Source: Proteromonas lacertae
Taxonomy: Eukaryota
DNA length: 64,000 nucleotides
Direction of reading: 5' to 3'
Assembly (NCBI GenBank): GCA_002245135.1
Contig: NGBS01000293.1
Coordinates: 310,001 to 374,000, forward strand
Position numbers and translations under genes: made by a program. Shown here piece by piece: positions 39,331 through 52,240 of the stretch. How positions within the stretch are numbered: the first letter of the stretch is position 1; each line of letters starts with the position of its first letter. Under the pieces are notes generated by a model that saw only the letters and a program-made list of their open reading frames with translations, did no database searches and had not been told where the DNA came from.

Positions 39331-39892
39331 TTATCTTATATTATTGATTTTATGATTAGATTTATTTATTTCTGATATTGGTGAATATATTTTAATCTGT
39401 CTAACATGACAATCTCTTCCTAAATCCATCATTTGGAGCAAAACTATTTGAATTATTGAACACATTATCGGTATATTGTTTTCATTGACAAATGGTATAT
39501 TAATCCATCCACTGTATTGATTTAATGACATCTGAGTGAGTTTGGTTAATGTATATTTGTTTATTCCATATAATATTGAAAATGTCTGTGGTGTGTAAGA
39601 TTCATCTGCTTCAAAATTTATAAACATTGATATTCCAGAAACTATTGTCTGTTTTTGAAACTATTTATTTATAATATCAAAGGAATACTGAAATTGAGAT
39701 AACATGTGGTGATTGTTTCTGTGCACTAATGTCAGATTGCCAGTATGTGTCTAACTATTAATATATTATTAATTAATGTTATACACTTCCATCGACCAGA
39801 TTATGAGTTCCATTTCCCATTTTTGCTGTAGATGTAGATATAATTGCTTGCATTGTAATATCTTGGTATTGACCATCATAATTATCTGTCAT
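39331..39892 (-). CDS. APC10: Anaphase-promoting complex subunit 10 (DOC1)
   Basis: Spliced: STAKMGNGTHNLVDGS|LDTYWQSD...PHVISI...DESYTP...GRDCHVRQIKIY. Confidence 0.93.
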
Positions 39893-39979
39893 CTTGAGAA
39901 ATTTGGTTTTAAAAATTCCAAAAACACTCAAGCAAAAAGTTTGAGTAATTTGAATTTAAATTTTTGGAGGTTTTTTTCA

Positions 39980-42900
39980 ATGTCTGAAGAAGTTGATTCT
40001 CCAATACCTCCACCAAATCAAGAGCATGACAGATTGATTATCACAAAGATAGTTATGGAGAACTTCAAGTCATATGCTGGAGTTAGAGTATGAGATAAAT
40101 CCATTTATTATGCTTTTAGGAAATTGGTCCTTTTCATAAATGCTTTAATTCAATAGTTGGACCCAATGGTAGTGGTAAATCAAACGTTATTGACGCAATG
40201 TTGTTTGTTTTTGGAAAACGAGCAAAAAAACTTCGATTAAATAAAGTATAAACAATATAGAATATTAATAAAATTATAGATATCAGAACTTATCCATAAT
40301 TCAGCTGAATATCCTGATTTAACAAGTGCCAGTGTGAGTGTCCACTTCAAAAGTATTATAGATAAATCCGATGAAGATTTTGAGGATGTACCAAACAGTG
40401 AATTCGTGATAAGAAGAACAGTAACAAAATCAAATGCTTCAAATTACTATATAAACAACAAAAACAGTAATTTCAATGAAGTGACGAAATTGTTAAAAGG
40501 CAAAGGTATAGATTTAGATAATAACAGATTCTTAATCCTTCAAGGTGAAGTTGAACAAATCTCGTTAATGAAACCCAAGGCAGTGAATGAGAATGAAGAA
40601 GGGTTATTAGAATATTTAGAAGATATAATTGGTTCAAATCAATACTCTAGAAGCAATAGAAGAAAGTTCCAAAGAATTAGAAAAACTAACCGTTTCAAGA
40701 AATGAAAGGATAGATCGAGTGAAAGGTGAGTGAGAAAGAAAGAGATAATTTAGAAGGTGCAAAAATAGAAGCTGAGGCTTATTTAGAGAAAGAATTAGAA
40801 TCAATGACTTTAGAATATAAATTAAACCAAAAATTCAGATATAATGCAATGAAGGAGATTGAGAAAAAACAGTCAAAACAATCGAATTTGAATGAAAGAT
40901 ATGAAAATGTCACAGTATAAATATATAAATTTTAATAATTTTAAATTAATAGAAACAAATTGAAGAAAACAACTTTAAAATTAAAAGAAATCAGAAACCA
41001 ACCACAACAATCTCAATAAAGAGCATAAAGAGATAGAAAAAGAGTTAATAAAATGTAAAGAAACATATGCTTCCTTTGAAAGAAAAGATATCAAATATCG
41101 AAGTGATCAAAAACACAATAAAGATCAAATAAAAAAATTAACAACAAAATTTGAAAATGCAGAAAAGAATAGAATAGAGAATGAAGAGAAAGTAAAAGAT
41201 TTAGAAAACAATATACCTGAGATGGAGAAACAGATTAAACAATATGAAAAAGATAAAATTAAATATGAAAAAAAGATTGAAGAGTTATATGAGAATGTGA
41301 AAAATGAAACAAAACCATTGAGAAATAAGATGGAAGAATTAGAAAAGAGTATAATATTATATATTATTATCATTATTTATTTTTTAGAATTACTTCCATC
41401 AACTCAAGCAACCACTGAAGCAGAATCAATCATGTCTCAAACCCAAACCCAAATCAAACTATTAGAAGAAACAGTAACTAAAGAATCAACAGAAATATGA
41501 TGAAATAATCGCCACATTAGCAGTAATGAAACAGAAGAAGAAAGATCATAATTCATTAATGCAACAAATGCAAAATGAACAAAGCAGATTTAGTATATAT
41601 ATATATATATTATTAATTATAAAAAATAGATGAAAAAATATCAAAACACTAAAATAGAATATAATAAAGCCAAAGAAGATGAACAAATCCTCGAGTCAAA
41701 CTGTCGAGTTTCCAAAACCAACTATGAACAATGTAAATACAGTTATCAATCAAATACTACTAAATCCAACCTATTACTACGTCTATTAGAAGCATCTCGT
41801 AATGGTCCACTTAAATCAGCAGGTTTGTGTGGAAGACTTGGTGATTTAGGAGTGATTGATAATCGATATGATGTTGCTATTTCTACAGCATGTCCTGCAT
41901 TGAATAATTTGGTAGTAGAGACTGCTGAAGGTGCTACGAAGTGTGTGGAATATTTGAGAGAGAAAAACTTAGGTAGAGCGACATTTATAATATTAGATAA
42001 ATTGAATGATATAAAAGAGAAGATGAATCGTAAGATTGATACTCCACAAGGTATTCCACGATTATTTGATTTGATTAAGATGAAAGATAAGAAATATGCA
42101 CCAGCATTTTACTTTGCTTTAGAAAATACACTAGTTACCAAGACATTAGATCAAGCAGTCGAAATTGCATATGTAAATGGTAAAGCTAAATGGAGAGTCG
42201 TGTCTGAAGGAGGTGAATTGATAGATATAAGTGGAACAATGACTGGTGGTGGTACTGTAAAGAAACATGGTGGCATGAGTAGTACAATGATTGAAGATGT
42301 AATTACTGAGAAAGATTTGAATGAGAGAGAGAGAATAATGAAAGAATCAATGGAGAAGTATAAAGAGAAAAAGAAGCAAGTATCTGCACTGGAAGAAAGA
42401 ATAGAAACATATGAAAAGAAATTATCAGAATATGAGATGAAGATTAACAAAGAAAACGCTGATTTTGAATCTTTACAAAAAGAATATCCGTTACTAGAGA
42501 AACGATCAAATGAATTATTAAAACATACACAGCTCAGTGATGAAGAAAAGGAAGAGAAGAATAAATTATTAGGAGATATTAAAACAACAGGAACAAGATT
42601 ATAACAAAAAGAAAGCAGAAACTAAAAAATTAGAAAATGAGTTAGAAAACTACAAGAATCAAATCAAAAATGCAGGTGGTCCAGAAATGAAACAAGCAAG
42701 AGATAATTTAGAAAAAACAACAACCTGTTTAGACGATTTAAGAGAAACATTGAATAAATCGAAATTTGCCTTAGCTAACTCCAAGAAAATAATCAAAAAC
42801 AGTATAGCAGAATCAGAGAAAGCAACCAGTGAAGCAGAAAAACTCCAACAAGCCCTTGCAAAAATGAAAGAAGAATTTAAGAGAATAGAAGAAGAAGCAA

Positions 42901-44120
42901 ATAATGTCAAAAGTCAATATGAATCAATACAAAAAGAATGGGAAATAAAAGATAAAGAAATGAAAAAGATTCAAAAAGAATATGACAATTCTAATGGTAT
43001 AATTAGTAAATTACGAAAAACTGAAGTTGATTTAAAGAATGAATTAGATGATCAAAATAGAATATTAAAACAAGAGAATCAGAGAGTGGAGAATTATCAG
43101 CAGAAAATATTAACTATTGAGAAAAGATATAATAAATTGATTGAAGATTATCAACCTGAATTATTGGCTCAAATACAACAACAACAACAACAACAACAGA
43201 ATGAGAAAGTGAAAGAGATGAAAGAACAAGCAGATGAGATGGAAATAGAAGATAATGATGAAGAAGAAAATGATAAAGAAGAAATTGAAGAGAAAAAAGA
43301 TGATGAAGAAAATAAAGATAAAGAAGAAGAAGAAGAAGAAGAAGAAAAGAAGGAAGATAATAATAAAATCGATATAAACAATAATGAAAATACAATCAAA
43401 ATAATCCCATTAAAAACATTCACAGATAAAGAATTAGAAAAAATCAATATTGATGATTTACAATATGAAATAGCACGATGTGATGAAGAAAAAGATAAAA
43501 TGAAAAGAGATATTAATATGGATGCTATTAATGCCTATCGAGAAAAAAATAGAGATTATCTAATGAAATTAAAAGATTTAGAAGTTATCACAGAAGAGAG
43601 GAATAAATGTAGGAGCAAATATGAAGATTTAAGAAAACAAAGATTAGACTGCTTTATGAATGGATTTTCAACAATTACACTGAATTTAAAAGAAATGTAC
43701 CAAATGATTACTTTAGGTGGTGATGCTGAGTTGGAATTAATAGATTCATTAGATCCTTTTACTGAAGGTGTTGTTTTCTCTGTAAGACCTCCTAAAAAGT
43801 CTTGGAAGAACATATCGAATCTATCAGGAGGCGAGAAGACATTGAGTTCTTTAGCTTTAGTATTTGCTTTACATCACTATAAACCTACTCCTTTGTACGT
43901 GATGGACGAAATAGACGCTGCTTTGGATTTTAGAAATGTTTCGATTGTGGCTAATTATATTAAAGAGAGAACTAAGAATGCACAATTTATTATTATCTCT
44001 TTGAGGAATAATATGTTTGAATTAGCTGATAGGTTAGTTGGTATATATAAGACGGATAATGTGACTAAGAGTGTAACTATTGACCCTAAAAAAGTGAAAG
44101 ATAAAGCTGAAACTAATTAA
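39980..44120 (+). CDS. SMC4: Condensin ATPase subunit SMC4 (about six apparent +1 indels)
   Basis: [53 protein letters not shown], hinge GRLGDLG...YDVAISTAC...[10 protein letters not shown], and [44 protein letters not shown]. Confidence 0.96.
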
Positions 44121-44249
44121 TTCTTTATTAATTTTGTTTTTTATATTTTTGACATGTAAATTGAATGACCAAGTTTTGACATTGAGGCTCGATTCTTTCA
44201 ATTTTGTTTTTTATTTTTCTTCTCTTGTGTGAACTCAAATAAATTAAGA

Positions 44250-44648
44250 ATGGCAGTTAAATATATTATGACCAATTTACCAATAAAATCAATGAGTGAA
44301 GCTAACCAATTGACACTTGGTTTATACAAAACTATTCAAAAGAATGTACCCAATTTAATTGCAATGTATGATGTGAGTTATACACCAGAAGAAGTAAGAG
44401 CACGTGTTAGAGAAATGTTTAAACGAAATCAAGATGTAACTGATTTCAGAGTTAGTCAATTGTTATTAGTTAGAGGAGCTATGCTTTATGATGAGATGGT
44501 GCAACGATATGCTCCAGTCGACTCTTTCACAAATTATATGAAACCACTTGAGGAAGATGTTGGATATAAGAAGACTGGTGATAAAGAACAAGACATGTTG
44601 CAAAGATTCTTCTTAGGAGTTGAAGACACTGAACATATGTTCCATTAA
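44250..44648 (+). CDS. NDUFA6: Complex I accessory LYR-family subunit NDUFA6/B14-like
   Basis: LYK (LYR variant)...VP...VREMFKRNQDVTDFRVSQLLLVRG...MLQRFFLG matches the B14 pattern. Confidence 0.8.
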   Translation: MAVKYIMTNLPIKSMSEANQLTLGLYKTIQKNVPNLIAMYDVSYTPEEVRARVREMFKRNQDVTDFRVSQLLLVRGAMLYDEMVQRYAPVDSFTNYMKPLEEDVGYKKTGDKEQDMLQRFFLGVEDTEHMFH

Positions 44649-45087
44649 ATTAATAATAATAGTACGAAACTTTTGCTTTATTATTGGTTTGATAAACCAA
44701 AATAATTATGTAATTTTATTTGATTTGGGTGTTTTAAGAAGCAATAAAAAACAATGTAGAATTAGATTGTTTGATTAAGTCTAAATCATAATGTAATATT
44801 CAAAATATTTATGTAAATATATAAATTTAATTATTTTTTACCAGAATAAAGATATTTTGAAATTTCTAAAATCAGGTAATCATAAAAACTAATCATAATA
44901 TTGTAAAATTCAATATATAACAATTAACAATAATAACTTTTTTCTTACTAGTTTCTTTTAAATACTTAGATAATTAGCTTTAAAGATAATAAACCGTTTC
45001 TTTAAGGTGATCGAAAACATTTTGAACCACCACTAACTGTCATTTCTTTTTTTATTGTTTTTTTAGTGTTATAAAAGAGTAAGGACG

Positions 45088-46485
45088 ATGAATAGTGGAT
45101 ATGTAACACCTACCACTGAAACTGATGTGGGTACAATCAAAGTATTGAATAATAAAGTAATTCTAACTCATTAATAGGCTTCAGTCGATAGATTAAGATA
45201 CCAAAGAATGCAAGTTGAAAAATTAATATCCGAGAATGAATCTAAAGATGCATTAATCCACAGTTTGAATGATCAGTTGAATAGTGCTTTAGAACAAAGT
45301 AGAAAATACCGTGAAGTTGTGGATGATATAAAATTGTACAAAGAAGGATATAATGCAATGAAAACCAAAGTAGGGGAGTTAGAAAACGACAAAGTGAAGA
45401 ATCTCACCAGCATTAGTGAGTTAGACCAAACAATCCAGAGATTACAATCTCAACAATACGATTTAAACAATAAACAGAATATGTACAACAACGAAATCCA
45501 AGAATATCAAAAACGAAATGATTTGTTATTACAACAACTTTCTAACATGAATAATCAATATACAGTGGTTAAATCAAAGTATGATGAATTAATATGTCAA
45601 AATTCAAGTTCAAAAGAAAAGGTAAATCAATTAAATAATGCTTATCAACAATTATCGAAAGATAAAGAAATATTATTAACAAAATTAAACGAATTACAAT
45701 CAAAAACAAGAGAATTAGAAATGGCAAATCAACAATTAATTCAAAAGAATAATGAAATTAACCAACAATTATCAATACAAAAGAATGATATAATTGTTAC
45801 AAGAAATGCATTAAACCAAGCAAGTGAAGGTAAAGACCAATATCAAAGTGAAAATATTTTGTTAAAGACACAAATAGAAGTCAATGAAAAGTAAATACAG
45901 TGAGTTAGAAACTAAATATAATAACACGAAAATGCAATATAATAATGCAATTGAGAATTTAAAGAGAGAATTAATCAATAATAATACAGTATGAATTATA
46001 TACATAAATAATTATTATTTTTAATATATTTATAATAATATATTATATAGCAAAGTGAATCAATCAAAGAGAATTTTATAAAGAGTCAAAATGACAATAG
46101 AGATTTAGTTAATGAATTGAATAGATACAAAAATGAATATAAAAATATAAATAATGAAAAATCAATTCTAGTTTCAAGAGTGACTGATTTAGAAAGAAGA
46201 TGTAATGATACTTGTGCAAGAATGCAGCAATTGGCTGAAGAGAATAAGAATCTTAAATTGAAATTAGAATTAGAGAAATCTCAGCATGAATCATATGTTA
46301 AATCAAGAAGTCATTTAATCAATCAATTTATTGAAGAAGAAAATAATTTGAATACTACTTTAGTTTCACCAAAACATTCATCTCCTATGAAATATATTAC
46401 TAGTAATAATGACAATGATATTCCTCCACTTTCTCCAAGTGCTCATGAAGCTTATTATAATTCTTTAAGTAATTCATTATTTTAA
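45088..46485 (+). CDS. Long coiled-coil protein of unknown function
   Basis: Q/N/E/K/L heptad-rich exons joined by two introns and an apparent +1 indel near 45890; S/P-rich tail. Confidence 0.7.
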
Positions 46486-46551
46486 ATGGTTATATATTTT
46501 TATTTTATTATTTATTTGTTTTTTGTATTTTAGAAAACACATAAATAAATG

Positions 46552-48282
46552 TTAATTATTAATCAATATTCTTACAGCTCCTAATTCTACTCCTTCATGT
46601 CGAGCTTTTACTGATAAATTGCCATTTATATCAACATCAAACACAATTTCAAATTTATATTCACCTTTTCTCATTCTTTCAAAAGGACCAAATGTTATTT
46701 TTTCTAAAAAATTATTATATTCGGTTAAATCATTCTCTCCTTCAAATATTTTTATTGTAATATTTTCTTGATTATCTTGAATAGACTCAAATTGTTTTGA
46801 TTTTGCAGCAGGTAAATCTGTTCCTGCTTTTATCATAAAATACATTTTCTTTATAGCAAGTGCATTATCTTGTATTTCAACTCCATAAGAATGATTCACT
46901 TTATCAAATACTTTAGGAATACTACTAACAGGAGGAATAATTACATTAAATCTTGCAGAAGGAGAAGAAGATCTTATATCAACTAATTCTAACTCTTCTG
47001 TTATTCTGTTTAAAACAACACTTGAATTTAAATCGCCTGTCCTTCCACTATAATCAATTTTTATTTCTTCATCTGGAGGAATTGGATCTCCTGATCTCTT
47101 GATTGATATTTTTCCACTGTGTTTATTCTTTACAACTATTGACTTTTCATGTATTAAATCATTTGCAAATCTTGCTGCTCCTTGACTTACAGCTTCTTCA
47201 GCATTGATCGCTTGCGATATATGACGAAGTGGAAATATAGTATTTAAATAGGCAGGAATCTGAGGCATTTTACTACCTCCACCGATTAATATTACTTCTT
47301 CAATTTCATCATTTCTGATTCTATATTTTGTTAATGTTTCATTCACTATATCTATTGTTTTATTTAGTAAATCCTTTATTAACTCACTGTATACATTTCT
47401 AGATATTGTATATTCAGTTTCATCTTTACCAAAAGTAATAATAAACTCTTTACATGTACTTAATAACACTTTTGCTTCTTCACATTTATTTCTTAGATTA
47501 GCGATATCCTTTCTATTTCTGATTGTTATGTCTTCAGTTCTTTCAATTTCTTTCTTCATGTAATTAAATAAAGCATTAGTAAAATCTTCTCCACCTAAAT
47601 GACTATCTCCATAACTTCCTATTACTGAAATATTTCCTTTTAACACTTCAATAATTGAAACATCAAAAGTACCAGCACCTAAATCATAAACCATCATTTT
47701 TGTAGGTTTTTCTACATCGGTTTTATCATAACTATAAGCTATAGCAGCTGCTGTTGGTTCATTTATAATTCTTAATACTTCAAAACCAGCTAATTTAGCT
47801 GCTAATTCAGTGTCTTTTCTTTGCTTATCAGAAAAATAAGCTGGAACACATATAACAGCTTTTTTAGCCACATCGCATCTATATTTCTTTACAAATTCAT
47901 CTGCATACTTTTTTAATTCCTGTAGGATAATTTTTGCTATATCTACTGGAGTATAACGATCTTCGGTAATATCAACTTGTATTAATATATTATCTTCCAT
48001 TCCTTGTTCAATACAAAAATTCATATTCATTATATCTTCCTGAACTTCTTTATCACTAAATTTTCTACCTATTAATCGCTTTGTAGCATAAACGACATTA
48101 CCAACATCAATTATTGATCTATTTTTGGCTGATTCACCTACTACATATCCATCTTTTTTAAATGACACATAAGAAGGTAAAAGGTTGGTATTACCTACAG
48201 GAATCATAGTTGGCTGTTGTTTGTATACTGTACATATACAAGATCGCGAGGTACCTAAATCTATCCCAAATGTCAGCTCCAT
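46552..48282 (-). CDS. Divergent lidless Hsp70-like protein 1 (intronless)
   Basis: [51 protein letters not shown] and an SBD-beta region with DNQ; ends without lid or EEVD. Confidence 0.9.
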   Translation of the reverse strand: MELTFGIDLGTSRSCICTVYKQQPTMIPVGNTNLLPSYVSFKKDGYVVGESAKNRSIIDVGNVVYATKRLIGRKFSDKEVQEDIMNMNFCIEQGMEDNILIQVDITEDRYTPVDIAKIILQELKKYADEFVKKYRCDVAKKAVICVPAYFSDKQRKDTELAAKLAGFEVLRIINEPTAAAIAYSYDKTDVEKPTKMMVYDLGAGTFDVSIIEVLKGNISVIGSYGDSHLGGEDFTNALFNYMKKEIERTEDITIRNRKDIANLRNKCEEAKVLLSTCKEFIITFGKDETEYTISRNVYSELIKDLLNKTIDIVNETLTKYRIRNDEIEEVILIGGGSKMPQIPAYLNTIFPLRHISQAINAEEAVSQGAARFANDLIHEKSIVVKNKHSGKISIKRSGDPIPPDEEIKIDYSGRTGDLNSSVVLNRITEELELVDIRSSSPSARFNVIIPPVSSIPKVFDKVNHSYGVEIQDNALAIKKMYFMIKAGTDLPAAKSKQFESIQDNQENITIKIFEGENDLTEYNNFLEKITFGPFERMRKGEYKFEIVFDVDINGNLSVKARHEGVELGAVRILINN

Positions 48283-48379
48283 TCAATAGATAAAATAAAA
48301 AAAAAATGTACAGAAAAAATATGTAATTTACGTATGTAATTCTTAATTTTACACAACAACAAAAATCGCTTTACACTAA

Positions 48380-50155
48380 TCATTCAATATTAATTCTTAC
48401 ACTACCTAAATCAAACCCTTTTAAATTCTTTGCAATGAAGTTTATCATACCATTTTCATCAATTGAACAGAAAATATAAAATTGATATTCACCTTTTGGT
48501 AATTTTGGTATTGGACCTATCTCAAATTCATCTAATAGATGATTATTCTCAGTACATCCATCTTCTCCTTCTAGGACTCTAATCTTTACATATTCTTGAT
48601 TATCCTCATAAGTTCTATACTTTCTTCTACAAAAACATGGTATTTTTTCATTTACATTAATCAACACATCCATTATTCCTCTTAAACTCGATTTATCTTT
48701 AATTTCAACTCCAATCGCATGTATGACAATATCATGAATTGTAGGCCTTTGATTCATTGGTGGAAGAATAACATCATCACCACTACAATCATCTATTATT
48801 CCAGAAGTAGATATATAAAGACTATTATCTTTACTACTTTTCATTACAAAACTATTTTTGATTCCTTCTCCAGTTTTATAATTCATTATTATTTCAGATC
48901 CATTTGGAATTATGTGACTATTTTTAACAATTTCAATTTCATTTTTATTATTCTTTACTACAATTATTTTATTATATATTATATTATTTGCAACAATAGC
49001 TGCTCCTTGACTCACAGCTTCATCAGGAGAAATGTCTTTACAAATACTTGCATGTGGAAATTCTTTTGTTATATAATCTGGAATTTGAGGCATTCTACTA
49101 CATCCTCCAATTAATATAATATTTGAAATACTATCTTTATCTATTCTACTCCTTTTTATTGTTTCATTTGTTATATTCATTGTTTTTTCTATTAAGTCTT
49201 TTACTATTTCCGTGTATTCTGCAAATGTTATGGTTATACTGATATCATTGAATATTTCAATTTGTACTTTAGATATTTGACTTAATGTTATTTTACCTTC
49301 TTCACATCTTGCTCTTATTATAGATTTTAGTTTTTTATTTAATGCTGGATATTTTTTATCTTCATCTTCATTTTCTTCTCTCATTTTTTCATATTTATCT
49401 AAAACATAACTATATAATTTATTCGTAAAATCTTCTCCACCTAAATGATTATCTCCATAAGTACCTTTCACTTCTATTTCATTGTTATCATTATTCAATT
49501 CAATTATCGAAACATCAAATGTTCCTCCTCCTAAATCATATACTAATAAATAATTGTTTTTATTTTCATTTACATTATTATTATCACTTAAAAATGTTTT
49601 TCTATCGAATTTGTAAGCTATTGCTGCTGCTGTTGGCTCATTAATGATTTGTAAAACTTTAAAACATGCTAATTCTGCAGCTTTTAATGTATCATTTCTC
49701 TGCTTATCATTAAAATAGGCAGGGACACAGATTACTGCATTTACTATTTTACTGTTAAGATGCTTTTCAGCATTACATTTTAGTTCTTTTAATATATAAC
49801 TTGATATTTCTACTGGTGTATGTGTTGGGCTAGATTTATTGTTAACTTTTATTATTGGTTCTCCATCACGATTTTCCTCTACAACATAACTAAGAAATGG
49901 TATATCTTCTTGTACTTCCTTATCATTGAATTTTCTTCCGATTAATCTCTTACTAGCATAAATTGTGTTTTCAATATTATTTTGAATTCCATTCTTAGCT
50001 GCATCGCCAACTATATATCTATCTTTCTCAAATAATACATAAGAAGGTAATAGATTAGTGTTTTGTTGAGGAATAGTAGTTGCTTTCTGTTGTTTTATAG
50101 TAGCTATACATGAATGAGTTGTACCTAAATCAATACCAACAGTTATTTCCATCAT
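48380..50155 (-). CDS. Divergent lidless Hsp70-like protein 2 (intronless)
   Basis: [42 protein letters not shown]; no lid or EEVD. Confidence 0.9.
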   Translation of the reverse strand: MMEITVGIDLGTTHSCIATIKQQKATTIPQQNTNLLPSYVLFEKDRYIVGDAAKNGIQNNIENTIYASKRLIGRKFNDKEVQEDIPFLSYVVEENRDGEPIIKVNNKSSPTHTPVEISSYILKELKCNAEKHLNSKIVNAVICVPAYFNDKQRNDTLKAAELACFKVLQIINEPTAAAIAYKFDRKTFLSDNNNVNENKNNYLLVYDLGGGTFDVSIIELNNDNNEIEVKGTYGDNHLGGEDFTNKLYSYVLDKYEKMREENEDEDKKYPALNKKLKSIIRARCEEGKITLSQISKVQIEIFNDISITITFAEYTEIVKDLIEKTMNITNETIKRSRIDKDSISNIILIGGCSRMPQIPDYITKEFPHASICKDISPDEAVSQGAAIVANNIIYNKIIVVKNNKNEIEIVKNSHIIPNGSEIIMNYKTGEGIKNSFVMKSSKDNSLYISTSGIIDDCSGDDVILPPMNQRPTIHDIVIHAIGVEIKDKSSLRGIMDVLINVNEKIPCFCRRKYRTYEDNQEYVKIRVLEGEDGCTENNHLLDEFEIGPIPKLPKGEYQFYIFCSIDENGMINFIAKNLKGFDLGSVRINIE

Positions 50156-50227
50156 ACAATCAAATTGACATTATTTTACGATGTAAATGTCACATCTACA
50201 AAAAACAATAAAAAAAACTCATCAAAA

Positions 50228-52009
50228 CTATTTAAAAGAAGATCTATTTGTTATATCAGTACGATGAACTGCAAGAATCCTATTAGTCTCATCCTCATGT
50301 ACTTCAATCTCCAAAATACCATTCTCGTTTATTGATGTTATAATATTTATATAATACTTTCCTTCTGGCAATATTGGTATATCTTTCACTTCAAATTCAT
50401 CAATTTTAGTATTATTTTCAACATATTTATCTTCTCCTTCATAAATACTCACAGGAATACTAGTTTGATTATCATAAATAGTTTTAAATGTTTTCTTTTT
50501 TGTTATTGGTATCTTTTCATTTTTTCTAATACAAACATCCATCACATGTTTCTTTTCATTCTTATATACCACTTCATATCCAATAGAATGAGTCAAAATA
50601 TCATTTATCACTGGGCGATATTTTAGACTTGGTATAACAATCTTGTCTCCATCATCTGCTTTATCTTTTATATATATTCTATTATCTCTTTCAACCACAC
50701 ATTTATTAATATTTCCTTTATGATTTTTATAATCAATAACAACAGTATATTCATCTTCATTATATGCTTCCTTCGTTTCATCATTTATAATATTATATAC
50801 ACCAGAATCATCTCTTATTATTTTTAATTCTTGACACAATAATTCATTTGCTACAATTGCTGCTCCTCTACTGACAGCTTCATCTTGATTTATATCTTTA
50901 TTAATTTTTACACTTTTTGGAAAGTATTTTTCAATATAATAAGGAATCTGTGGCATTTTACTACCTCCACCGATTAATATTATATCATCAATTACTTCTT
51001 TTCTTTTATTTTTTTCCTTCAGTGTTTTATTCACTATTTCGATTGTTTTTTCAAATAATTCGTGATTTATAGCTGTAAATCTTTCTCTTGTGATTGTATA
51101 ATCATATTCATCTTTTATATTAATAATAGTCTCACTAGCTTCACTTAAAAGAATTTTTGCATTTTCACACGCCTTTCTTAGTCTTATCAATTCTTTTCTC
51201 TTTTTAATAATATTTCCTGTTTCTTCTTCATGTAATCTCTTCACTTCTTCTACTAAAGAATTTGTAAAATCTTCTCCACCTAAATGACTATCTCCTCCTG
51301 TGGCTATTACATTAATCTCATTTCCTTTTACTTCTATTATTGAAACATCAAATGTTCCTCCACCTAAATCATATACTAACATTGTTTTGCTATCTCTTTC
51401 TTTTCCTTCCATTCTTCCAGCTCTAGAATCGTCAGTAATTTTAATGAAACTATATGCTATTGCAGCAGCTGTTGGCTCATTTATTATCCTTAATACTTCA
51501 AATCCTGCTTTTTCGGCTGCTAATTTAGTTTCTTTTCTTTGTTCATCATTAAAATATGCTGGGACTGTAATTACAGCTTTTTTAACCTCTTCATTATTAT
51601 CCATTGCCTTTTTAGCATCTTCTTTCATTTGCTTTAATATAAATGTACATATATCAACTGGTGTGAAATGTAATTCCCTTTCTGTGTCTTCATTCACTAC
51701 TATTATTGGTTTACCATCTAATCCATTTTTTACAACATAATTAAGATTTTTTATATCTTCTTGAACTTGTTTATCATCGAAATTTCTTCCGATTAATCTC
51801 TTTGTGGCATACACTGTATCACCTAAACTCTGCCCCATATGATTCATAGCAGCGTCTCCAACTAATATTTTATCTTCACTTATTATTGACACGAAAGAAG
51901 GAGTAAGTGAAGAACCTGTTGAACTCGGTATAGTGGAAGGACTATTACCTTTAATATGACTACAACAACATCTAGTAGTACCTATATCAATACCAATAGC
52001 TTGTTCCAT
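50228..52009 (-). CDS. Divergent lidless Hsp70-like protein 3 (intronless)
   Basis: [54 protein letters not shown]; no lid or EEVD. Confidence 0.9.
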   Translation of the reverse strand: MEQAIGIDIGTTRCCCSHIKGNSPSTIPSSTGSSLTPSFVSIISEDKILVGDAAMNHMGQSLGDTVYATKRLIGRNFDDKQVQEDIKNLNYVVKNGLDGKPIIVVNEDTERELHFTPVDICTFILKQMKEDAKKAMDNNEEVKKAVITVPAYFNDEQRKETKLAAEKAGFEVLRIINEPTAAAIAYSFIKITDDSRAGRMEGKERDSKTMLVYDLGGGTFDVSIIEVKGNEINVIATGGDSHLGGEDFTNSLVEEVKRLHEEETGNIIKKRKELIRLRKACENAKILLSEASETIINIKDEYDYTITRERFTAINHELFEKTIEIVNKTLKEKNKRKEVIDDIILIGGGSKMPQIPYYIEKYFPKSVKINKDINQDEAVSRGAAIVANELLCQELKIIRDDSGVYNIINDETKEAYNEDEYTVVIDYKNHKGNINKCVVERDNRIYIKDKADDGDKIVIPSLKYRPVINDILTHSIGYEVVYKNEKKHVMDVCIRKNEKIPITKKKTFKTIYDNQTSIPVSIYEGEDKYVENNTKIDEFEVKDIPILPEGKYYINIITSINENGILEIEVHEDETNRILAVHRTDITNRSSFK

Positions 52010-52240
52010 TTATTACTGAGTTATAAATCAAAAAACAAAAAATCTTAATTTTAAGGCTTGATTATAGTTTGATATGAAAATAAAACAAAAACTGTGTTTC
52101 TTTATAATTATAATATGCATTACATTTTTTAAGTGTGCATTGACATTATTTATTATCATTATCAATCTTTATCTTTATGATAATGTAATAATTTTTCAAA
52201 TTTAATAACAAAATTTAAGTAACATAGATTTATATATTTT

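Noticed and set aside
40640..40705. Euplotes-style +1 ribosomal frameshifting at stop codons as the explanation for broken ORFs
   Set aside because: A few sites have an adjacent stop (14680, 45890), but in SMC4, B1 and B6 homology requires the shift 7-19 codons before the stop. There is no shared slippery motif, and -1 cases also occur.
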